Shown in pieces: positions 1-7,101 of a DNA stretch of 10,088 nt. The notes below the pieces were generated by a model, which made no database searches, was not told the origin of the DNA, and saw nothing but the letters and a program-made list of their open reading frames with translations. Position numbers and translations under genes: made by a program. Position 1 is the first letter of the stretch. Each line of letters begins with the position of its first letter. The DNA comes from Amoeboradix gromovi X-113 (taxonomy: Eukaryota; Fungi; Sanchytriomycota): contig JADGIF010000363.1 of the NCBI GenBank assembly GCA_018985225.1, positions 1-10,088 on the forward strand. Reading direction: 5' to 3'.

Positions 1-91
1 AAGAAGATCTTTTATTAATGATAGCATTTCCTCAGTATGGAGCACCTTTAAAAACGAGTTAGTCTAGTTTTTATATTTGGTGTCCCAAATG
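1..91 (-). mobile_element. Partial copy of MITE family A (one end; continues beyond the window start)
   Basis: Reverse complement of 1..91 (CATTTGGGACACCAAATATAAAAACTAGACTAACTCGTTTTTAAAGG..AGGAAATGCTATCATTAATAAAAGATCTTCTT) aligns with 3455..3535 (CATATTGGGACACCAAACATAAAAACTAGACCAAGTTGTCTTTAAAGG-AGGAAATACTATTATTAATAAAAGTCCTTCTT), i.e. TIR plus subterminal sequence, apart from one ~12-nt indel. Confidence 0.8.
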
Positions 92-205
92 ATAATGGAT
101 AATCTAATGTGGATTCTAGATGTTCCTCCTACTAGGAAATTAGGATATTTTGTCAGAATGAGCCTCAAATATCTTTTAATCTCTAGTAAAAAATCAAAAT
201 GTTTA

Positions 206-574
206 CTAATCACATGGTTCTGAACAAACAGGACAATTGTTTTTCACAGCAATCCACTTCTTAATACAGAGATTGTGAAATAGATGATTGCAACGCAGAT
301 TGACAATACCCTCATGGTATTGAAATTGTTCCAAGCATACCATACACTTACCTTGCTGGTATGTATCCTTCTCAGCTATATACTCCATTGATTGTGCATT
401 CAAGTGTTTAGAGTATATCTGCGAGCTATAGCTTCCGTTATATCGTCGGCGTCTCATGCGACTTCTTTGTAGCACATAATGTATTATAAAAATTAAAGGG
501 ATCCCGTATATAAGAAATAGAAACACCGCAATGAATACAAATATCACTGATAATAATGAAAAAGTGTAGCTCAT
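206..574 (-). CDS. Membrane-anchored RING-H2 (C3H2C3) E3 ubiquitin ligase, ATL/RNF-like, 122 aa
   Basis: Hydrophobic N-terminal segment (FSLLSVIFVFIAVFLFLIYGIPLIFIIHYVL), then a basic patch (RSRMRRRR), then a canonical RING-H2: CMVC-x14-CNHLFHNLCIKKW...CPVC. ATG start, TAG stop. Confidence 0.9.
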   Translation of the reverse strand: MSYTFSLLSVIFVFIAVFLFLIYGIPLIFIIHYVLQRSRMRRRRYNGSYSSQIYSKHLNAQSMEYIAEKDTYQQGKCMVCLEQFQYHEGIVNLRCNHLFHNLCIKKWIAVKNNCPVCSEPCD

Positions 575-1246
575 TGTTTGATCTTTAGAGGGAAGAAAAT
601 AGCAGGAGGCGATTTATAATCAATAGAGATTTAGAGATTTAACTTAAATGATAAAAAGGCATATAAGAGTCCTAACTTACGATAAAACCAAGAATTTAAG
701 AAAACCTAAGAAAGCCTCTCGCTCCGTTTCAGTAGTTGCTCACGCTTGTACATTCCTCTGGCAAAATTAAATTAGGATACGTTTGTAAGTACACGTTAAT
801 CGCTGTTATGCGTTTTCGATTTATTTGCAAAGTCTTAATATTTCGGGTATCAAGTCCTTACACAATCAACTAACTTGTCCCTAAACAACCTCTGGCTTGT
901 TGGGGGAGACTCTTGAAAATAAGTTGATATATTTCGAGGAAGATGTGAAAACATCATAAGAGCCTAAAGTCTTGTGGTACACTTGCATCGAGAGATATGG
1001 GAACTCCTTTAAAAGACTATATTCCTTGTCGTTTGTTGTGGAGACCTCAAAGTTAAGGTATTCTTTCTGTGAATATTTAGTGGCATTTAAGACAAATAAG
1101 AGAAAAAAGAGCTTTATTCAATTACAAGAAATTTCAGAGGATTGTTTGAGCCATAAAATTCTTTAATCACAGTAAATGATTTACCAAATTGGAGTCGAAG
1201 ATACGACGGATACTATCAAACAGAATAACATGTTAATAAGTGTTTA

Positions 1247-1561
1247 TTAAATTACCGATTTTGATTTGTTTCCTTTTTTTAATTCAGAATATCCAAAAAA
1301 CGACCTTGGCTTTCTGATGTATTCAAAATTCTCTCCAATCCACCCTATTAGTAATTTGAAATCTACGATCTCCTGTGCTGTCATTCCATGGCTAACTAGC
1401 GCAATCCATTTGCTGTCTCCAACATCTTCACGAGAAGCGAATAAAACATCATCAGAGACATTTAAATGAACATCATTCATTTTTAACAGGTCTCGTAACT
1501 CTTCTGGCCTGTTTAAAAGACAGCACATTGATGACTGATCTTTCCCGAAAACAATATTCAT
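1247..1561 (-). CDS. Hypothetical protein or gene fragment, 104 aa
   Basis: ATG-initiated ORF with protein-like composition in AT-rich DNA; no recognisable motif. Confidence 0.25.
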   Translation of the reverse strand: MNIVFGKDQSSMCCLLNRPEELRDLLKMNDVHLNVSDDVLFASREDVGDSKWIALVSHGMTAQEIVDFKLLIGWIGENFEYIRKPRSFFGYSELKKGNKSKSVI

Positions 1562-1567
1562 CTGTTA

Positions 1568-1615
1568 CAAAGGCTCCAACTAGACATAAGGGACATGCTT
1601 AATTAAAAGTAGACT
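1568..1615 (+). repeat. Possible diverged copy of the family A terminal inverted repeat
   Basis: 1585..1615 CATAAGGGACATGCTTAATTAAAAGTAGACT aligns ungapped to the consensus CATTTGGGACACCAAATATAAAAACTAGACT (21/31 by hand). It is preceded by TA-CA..GCTC-N8, as on the reverse complement of 3739..3760. Confidence 0.35.
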
Positions 1616-1628
1616 GGGGTAAAAGCGG

Positions 1629-1956
1629 ATGACAAAGAAAATTAGAGACTTATTAGATGGCCCAAATCTTATCGAAAAAGTACACAAAAGTGTAGTACGT
1701 AATTAATACTAAAATACAGTATTGGCCCTAAATCGCTACTAGCCCAAAAACCTCAGAACGGCTATTCTGATATAGGAAGATATAGTATTGGGAAAGACAT
1801 GGGCTATAAATATGAATTAAAACGAAGGAAAGGAGTGGCAAGAAAGCCATGTGTTACTCTCATTGCACCCACAAGCATAACAGAGAGGGCCATTGTAGTG
1901 TGCCAAACAAGAAAGCAGCATTTCCTTCCTCGAAAGTCATCTTTTTTGCTTATTAA
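1629..1956 (+). pseudogene. Possible degraded Tc1/IS630-type transposase fragment (HTH-linker region)
   Basis: Stop-riddled frame from 1629: MTKKIRDLL..IEKVHKSVVRN*Y*NTVLALNRY*PKNLRTAILI*EDIVLGKTWAINM..KEWQES. After a frameshift: HKHNRE...AFPSSKVIFFAY. This resembles the Tc1/IS630 pattern 'S.stVrr.L...l..y.p...p.l......R..wa' and 'p.kvmvwa'. No intact DDE triad is seen. Confidence 0.3.
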
Positions 1957-2212
1957 CAAGTCTCTAACGAATGAAGTGAAACTTTGGCAACATCGTCTTG
2001 TCACCTAAATACATGAGATATAACATGGGACACCTCTACTTGACTGGTTCAACATATTTGAGACACTCGTTAGAAAAATATCTAGTTTTGTAGTAGCTAT
2101 TGAATTTTGTAAAATATTATTTATCGAGAATTTTTATGTATTCTTATATAATTGCATGACTTTTCTAAAATTTTCAAACACCCTGTACAGTCGATATTCT
2201 TCCTTCTTGCGA

Positions 2213-2392
2213 ATGGTAAATGGAATTAATGAGTGTTATCCTGAATATGTCAAATCTAAAGAAATAACCAGTAGATACAGTATACATTCATTAATGTTGA
2301 GGAACTGGTCAAAGCATCGGGAAATTGGATTTACTTCAACCCGTCCTGAAAAGAGATCAACGATAAATAAACCTGTAAACTATTTATTTTAA
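2213..2392 (+). pseudogene. tnpA: N-terminal MerR-like winged-HTH stub of IS607 serine recombinase TnpA
   Basis: MVNGINECYPEYVKSKEITSRYSIHSLMLRNWSKHREIGFTSTRPEKR fits the IS607 TnpA N-terminus pattern (Y...kE....y.ih..tLr.W...g.I...rt.ggkR). The catalytic domain (YARVS) is absent. Confidence 0.7.
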
Positions 2393-2454
2393 TAATTATT
2401 ATTGTGATTTGTACTACCACATGTGCAACAACGCGATATCTTAACACTTGATAT

Positions 2455-2573
2455 GCATATACAAGCTGTGGCAATCTTAAAAAGACTAATTTGGAGAGCT
2501 ACACTCGTACCAGTTGTCATTTGGAGGTAGATCAAGACCATATGTGGCAGCAAGGACGATATACATCAAATGA
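2455..2573 (+). pseudogene. tnpB: Degraded Fanzor2/TnpB C-terminal Zn ribbon + RuvC-III stub
   Basis: Translates AYTSCGNLKKTNLESYTRTSCHLEVDQDHM/(frameshift)AARTIYIK*. Two Cys codons are mutated (TAT, CGT) relative to the 6702 copy, and DQD replaces DRD. Confidence 0.75.
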
Positions 2574-2702
2574 ATGTATCCTTGTTCAGTCCTGCCTCAG
2601 ATTAGTGAAAGCGTAACCAATCATTGTAACAGATTATCTAGCACGCTAGTAAATATGTGGAAATTGTTGATTTTCTCGGAAATCAAGACTTCTAACGGGG
2701 AG
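2574..2702 (+). ncRNA. Putative omegaRNA (right-end RNA) scaffold, copy 1; guide would start at ~2699-2703
   Basis: Three stem-loops at 2603..2626 (GUAA loop), 2629..2658 and 2660..2692 (CUCG loop), all conserved with copy 2. Located at the element right end directly after RuvC-III. The 5' start is not determinable. Confidence 0.6.
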
Positions 2703-3454
2703 CACAAAAGGCAAATTCAAATAAATTTATTTAGTTTTCGCTGTAATACGGTGGGCATTGACTTAACACTTCAGCGGTTGTATCATATTCTTCATACTTC
2801 GGCAATCCATTGTTTTTGTTTTCCAAAAAATGAATATAGTAGAAATGTTCAGGATATTCAAATAGAGGATACTCGGGATGCTCCAATCTGTATAACAAAG
2901 ATCCTTTTGTATATAATTCCTGCATTAATTTCTTAGCCTAGTGCTTTCTCAAACTCATGAGTCTTAAAATGCTAATTAGAGGTGCATCCATGAACCAAAT
3001 ATGCAACCTTTCCGCTCTAAATTATTAGTCTTAACTATAAAGATTATGCATTATACGACCAAATAGCAGCGGTTTTTTGGTCCAAACTACACTTTTACTC
3101 AAAAGCCTCAATTTCTGAAAATTAAAGAATTTCCACTATAATACTGGCAACGCCACTTGACCTAGCTTACCAGTGACAGAGATCAAATTGAATTGGGACG
3201 TGGGTCGAACATAGATCCATCCATTCCGACTTGCATGCTGAAATAGTAGACAACGTTGCATGAAACTAAGAACCACCGTTTTTGAGACCGCTGACGCAGA
3301 ATTTAGATTTTTTGAACTTTCGAATAAATAATGCGATGCCTTTTTGCTAACACCAGATTTTATTTAAAAGCGTTAGTTATCATAAGTTTCTCATTCACTA
3401 AAACTAGAAAGAGACATCACTTTAAGTAAACTGCTTAAAAAAATTAGCCGCTCT

Positions 3455-3738
3455 CATATTGGGACACCAAACATAAAAACTAGACCAAGTTGTCTTTAAA
3501 GGAGGAAATACTATTATTAATAAAAGTCCTTCTTCTTTCATTAATGTCATTCGTATCTTTAAAATGTAACAAAATGACCCACCTCTTTCGAATATATGAG
3601 GTCTCTGAGTGTCTAAGAAAAAGGTGCAACCAATAAGATTAATTTATTTTAATTTACTATCGGTTAATACACACTTGAAATAATGATTCAAACTATTTCA
3701 GAAAGTTAGTCTAGTTTTTGTATTTGATGTCTCAAATG
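3455..3738. mobile_element. MITE family A, complete ~285-bp copy (true termini may extend to ~3448 and ~3758)
   Basis: Inverted repeats at 3459..3485 (TTGGGACACCAAACATAAAAACTAGAC) and 3709..3735 (revcomp TTGAGACATCAAATACAAAAACTAGAC), 23/27 identical. Outer CCGCTC (3448) and GAGCGG (3747). Non-coding AT-rich interior. Two more partial copies lie in the window. Confidence 0.8.
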
Positions 3739-4022
3739 TATCACTTGAGCGGAAGGTGTATTTTTTATCGCAATCCCGTAGACTTAATCATGTGAAAGTC
3801 GTGTAACTGTGCTATGTCCTGCTTGTATGCACCATCAGCACTTGCGCAAATAAATGATTTACCATAACAAATATACGCCAACTTACAAGTCTATATTTAC
3901 TAATCATAAACATGTCTTGACTTCTAGAAAGTGTAGAAATTCCACAGAGAAACTGACAAAGCCAATAAATCCGTTACATTGGTTGCTTAGGCTTTCACTA
4001 ACCTAAGGTAGAGTGGAATACG

Positions 4023-4040
4023 CATGCAGATATCTGCATG
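4023..4040. repeat. Perfect 18-bp palindrome CATGCAGATATCTGCATG
   Basis: CATGCAGAT is directly followed by its reverse complement ATCTGCATG. Confidence 0.9.
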
Positions 4041-4236
4041 TTTCTTATCGTCTCTATCTGCCTCGAGATGACAGTGATTACTGACAAAAAGAAAGAATTG
4101 GAAAAAGGGATAGCGCTGTTATTGCTGCAAGTTATGTGTAATGGCAGTTATTTTATCACTAAAAGTCGCCATTGGAGAGTTCAGCTACAACGAAAGGTGC
4201 TAGTAACCGATATTCGGTGTTTATTGATTTTGACCC

Positions 4237-5175
4237 CTATACCCCACTGGACTTTCCTGCCCCCAGCTGGATGTAGATCGATATGTACGGCATGTTCATC
4301 TCCTCGTGATCCTCTATGATCTTGATGTACCGCGGATTGGGCTTGATCGGATGCTCATCAACCTTGTCCTGCGTGTTTGGAGCAGAGAACTTGAGCTGTA
4401 TCAACAGGGCTGTGAATGATCCACTGCCCAGGAGCACTGGCAGCAGAATCCAGCGTTGGACAGGTATCTGATAGCATGGAAGAGCTGCAGTCTTCTGCCC
4501 TTGCCAAGTATGAACATGCCAATTACATAGGACAATGCCGGTTTTGAGGCATACCCACACATCAAGGTCTCTCTGTCACCAGAGATGTAGTAGCAAAACG
4601 CCATCATGTCCAATATCAGCTGCTACGCCATAACAGCATTCAGCTTCAAGCAGCCGAGACTTTCCCACTCCGCTTGCGTTGACAATGGACGTCTATTTCG
4701 CTAGATACTTCCTGAACTGTGGCCCTTTATTTGTGCTTCGACGTATTTAGGGAAGTTTGTGCAATTCAAGTCATTCCAGTATTTGGATTTAAATGTTTGC
4801 TCCACATCCAGTCTTTTTAATAGAGAAACAGTCCTGGGCTGCATGATCTTAATCAGGCAGTCCTCTATGTTTCTCGAAAACAATTCCTCGTTGATAATGA
4901 GTATTCCGTTGTCCTCGAATATTTCAAACACCTCTTCGATACTCTTGATCTTTTCTGGCAGCACCAACTAGACATTGTATCTTGCGTCTTTCATTTCGAG
5001 TATGTCGCTATATAAAATGGAGTGTGAGCTCTCGTTGTGGCTGCTGCGTATAGCATTCAGGCGTATTGATTTCAAAACAGACTTTGGACCGTACTCTGGG
5101 ACTTCTCTATCTCTTTGTTAAAATTCTCGCTGTGAAATGAATGCGTTGTTAAAATCAAACTTTTCCTTGTAGCTT
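4237..5175 (-). pseudogene. Degraded P-loop NTPase + PD-(D/E)xK restriction-endonuclease-fold gene (Crinkler/CR-effector-like)
   Basis: A frame missed by the ORF track reads KYLAK*TSIVNASGVGKSRLLE (Walker A, 4657..4680), resembling the fungal/oomycete 'Y.sivQSSGtGKSRll' NTPases. It is followed by FCYYISG..GYASKP, then ILLPVLL...FTALLIQLK (QxK nuclease-like, 4390..4410) and PYISIYIQLG. The 4701..4967 frame continues upstream through isolated stops to ~5175. Visibly GC-richer than the flanks. Confidence 0.65.
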
Positions 5176-5421
5176 CACTTTCCAATGGAGACTTTGCGGA
5201 CTTTTAATCTAATAAATGCCGTAACACATACCTTGCAGCAATAACGCAATGCTGTGTAGGCTAGTAATTTCATATCTTAGGGAGAATGAATCTATAATAA
5301 AGTATTCTTGAATGTTACCAAAGTTTTGTAATGCAAGTTGTGAATAGTGCAATGGCATCTCTTGAATGAATACACATGACTATATATTAGTGCCACAGTT
5401 TGTTTATTCTTTAAAAGCTTA

Positions 5422-5775
5422 TTCTAGAAAATTGTACAAATGGATCGTGGCAAGCCACAATTTGCTCAAAAGTTCCAATGCAGAGTATAACCCTAAATAA
5501 ATATTAATATAAGTTTTATCGCCTTTATACATTAATACGACTAGACGTACAAGTTTCCTTTAATCTAATCTCAACACGGACTCGGCTCAATGAATAATCT
5601 GACTACTAGGGTAACTTGACTTGGCATGGTGTATTTAATAAATATATTTATTTTAAAATGAACAAAATTTGCCCATCTACTTGTATCATTCAAAAGAATC
5701 CTTTTTATCTTCCGACTTCTCTTATCTTTGAGTAAATTGTTGTAAGCCACAATCCATTTGTACAATCTTCTAGAA
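5422..5775. mobile_element. MITE/foldback element family B, ~354 bp with 49-bp inverted repeats
   Basis: 5422..5470 TTCTAGAAAATTGTACAAATGGATCGTGGCAAGCCACAATTTGCTCAAA vs revcomp of 5727..5775 TTCTAGAAGATTGTACAAATGGATTGTGGCTTACAACAATTTACTCAAA: 42/49 ungapped by hand. Confidence 0.7.
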
Positions 5776-6503
5776 CAATGATTATGAAATATAGATCTTC
5801 ACCCTTGACTACCCAAATGCTACAAAAGCGGCATCATATCAGTATTTTGTTGATTAAATTAATACACTAGGATTACTCTTGTCTCACCAAACTCATCCCA
5901 GATTAGGATTGGGATTAGGGATTTATCGAAACTGACATAGCCAAGGATCAGTTTTATTTAATTGAAGTAGAATGCTGCTGCACAATTTAACTTAAAAGAT
6001 AGTCATCTGTCTGGCTTCGCACTTTGCAAATGAATAAATCAACAATACCCAGCATGTTTATGACTGCAAAAAGAATGAAAGTATTGAGAGACATTGGATC
6101 TTTTGCTGATCTCAAAGAGCTACTCCAGTTATAGACAAATTTCAACACAATGGAATATCTGAGACCATTAAGCTGTTAAACACCGCATCTAGTGCGGCTA
6201 AGCTGCCCGACGCACACATGATTCAATGAGTTGAAATTATTATTTCTAAAATTTAGCTCTGCAATATGTCCGAGAAACAAGAGAAAGTGATGATTATGTT
6301 GTATGAAATTTGAATACTGGTGAGTTGGCCGGAAGAGTACACACTTGAGATAGAGCTCAACCAGTTAAGTGCCCTGATGGAACAGCTCGATTGTTTTCTT
6401 GAATAAATCATTTATCGCGAATTTGTATGCATTTTTGTATAATTTCAAGACTTTTCCAGATTTTTCTAATAGCTTAAACACTCTATATTCTTCCTTTTTG
6501 CAA

Positions 6504-6585
6504 ATGGTAAATTAAATATAAAGAAATAACTAGCAGGTACAGCATACATTCGTCTCAGACTAATAAGCTGGTCCAAACACGGAAA
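6504..6585 (+). pseudogene. tnpA: Frameshifted IS607 TnpA HTH stub, copy 2
   Basis: ATGGTAAAT start is shared with copy 1. After a 29-nt deletion it reads KEITSRYSIHS (6520..6552), then after a frameshift LISWSKHG. Confidence 0.65.
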
Positions 6586-6694
6586 TTCGATGTCATGTAC
6601 AATATGTGGCACTCTAAAGAAAACCAATTAGGAGAGCTATTCATGTACATAGTGTCGTTTGGAAGTGGACATGGACCACATCGCACCAAGGAAC
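6583..6694 (+). pseudogene. tnpB: First (stop-containing) Fanzor2/TnpB Zn-ribbon unit of a 112-bp tandem pair
   Basis: Translates NSMSCTICGTLKKTN*ESYSCT*CRLEVDMDHIAPRN. Ungapped match to 6695..6806, about 82/112 identical by hand. Confidence 0.75.
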
Positions 6695-6701
6695 AAATTC
6701 G

Positions 6702-6944
6702 ATGCCATGTACGAGGTGTGGTACTTTAAAGAAAACCGATTTAGAAACCAGAACCTGTACAAAGTGTCATTTGAAGATAGATAGAGATCATATGGTAGCA
6801 AGGAACATATACATCAAGTATCTGCATCCTTATTCAATCCCGCCTCTGGGTAGTGAAAGCGTGAGCAATCACTGTAACGGAGCATCTAGCATTGCTAGTT
6901 TCTCTGTGGAAATTCTCGATTTTCTCGGAAATCAGGACTTTTAA
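6702..6944 (+). pseudogene. tnpB: Fanzor2/TnpB C-terminal fragment: CxxC..CxxC Zn ribbon + RuvC-III (DRDxxxARNI), frame running through the omegaRNA region
   Basis: MPCTRCGTLKKTDLETRTCTKCHLKIDRDHMVARNIYIKYL is the hallmark TnpB/Fanzor/Cas12f C-terminus. RuvC-I/II, REC and WED domains are missing. Confidence 0.85.
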
Positions 6945-6951
6945 CGAGGAG
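6820..6951 (+). ncRNA. Putative omegaRNA scaffold, copy 2; guide would start at ~6948-6952
   Basis: Stem-loops at 6851..6874 (GC-GUGA-GC, GNRA loop), 6877..6907 and 6909..6941 (CUCG loop), with pairing-preserving differences relative to copy 1. Confidence 0.62.
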
Positions 6952-7101
6952 AAGCTGTTTGACTAATTAAGCAATCCAGCATTAGTGGCTCCCTAAACTT
7001 TTGGAAATCTCACTTCAATTACTTAGCTCAATGTGAAATAACCAGTAGTAAATCAGTCAAGTACTTATTGTAACAATTCAATTCAGAAAATTTATTTCAG
7101 A

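Larger units (their letters stand above)
2111..2702 (+). mobile_element. Internally deleted IS607-family/Fanzor2 element, copy 1
   Basis: Collinear homology to 6402..6951, from ATTTATCGAGAATTT (2119) to TAACGGGGAG (2702). Contains a TnpA HTH stub, a Fanzor/TnpB Zn-ribbon stub and a structured right end. No terminal inverted repeats. A CANGACTTYT motif occurs in direct orientation near both ends (2155..2164, 2684..2693). Left boundary uncertain by ~10 nt. Confidence 0.8.
6402..6951 (+). mobile_element. Internally deleted IS607-family/Fanzor2 element, copy 2
   Basis: Homologous to 2111..2702. Order: left end with CAAGACTTTT (6446..6455), TnpA stub, two tandem Fanzor Zn-ribbon units, structured right end with CAGGACTTTT (6933..6942) ending TAACGAGGAG. 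Confidence 0.82.

Noticed and set aside
972-2008. Short ORFs 972..1166, 1266..1469, 1799..2008 and 1804..2004
   Set aside because: No recognisable domains, several have non-ATG starts, and they overlap other frames. The best transposase-like signal near 1800 is in different frames.
2574-2936. 120-aa plus-strand ORF as a real gene
   Set aside because: Its first part is the Fanzor tail/omegaRNA region homologous to 6820..6944; the rest runs into unrelated flank after an indel.
4038-4971. Plus-strand ORFs 4038..4319 and 4759..4971
   Set aside because: Largely antisense shadows of the minus-strand NTPase/REase relic; no motifs.
5900-5922. ATTAGG/ATTGGG/ATTAGGG as interstitial telomeric repeat
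   Set aside because: Only three degenerate units; too short to support.
6030-6406. Protein-like stretches (MNKSTIPSMF..., WPEEYTLEIELNQLSALMEQLDCFLE*)
   Set aside because: May be another decayed gene, but no family motif is recognisable.
6583-6806. Tandem repeat as a CRISPR-like array next to a Cas12/TnpB-like fragment
   Set aside because: Only two 112-bp protein-coding units with no spacers; there is no repeat-spacer structure anywhere in the window.
6702-6944. Intact functional Fanzor/TnpB nuclease
   Set aside because: Only the Zn ribbon and RuvC-III remain; RuvC-I/II, REC and WED are absent.
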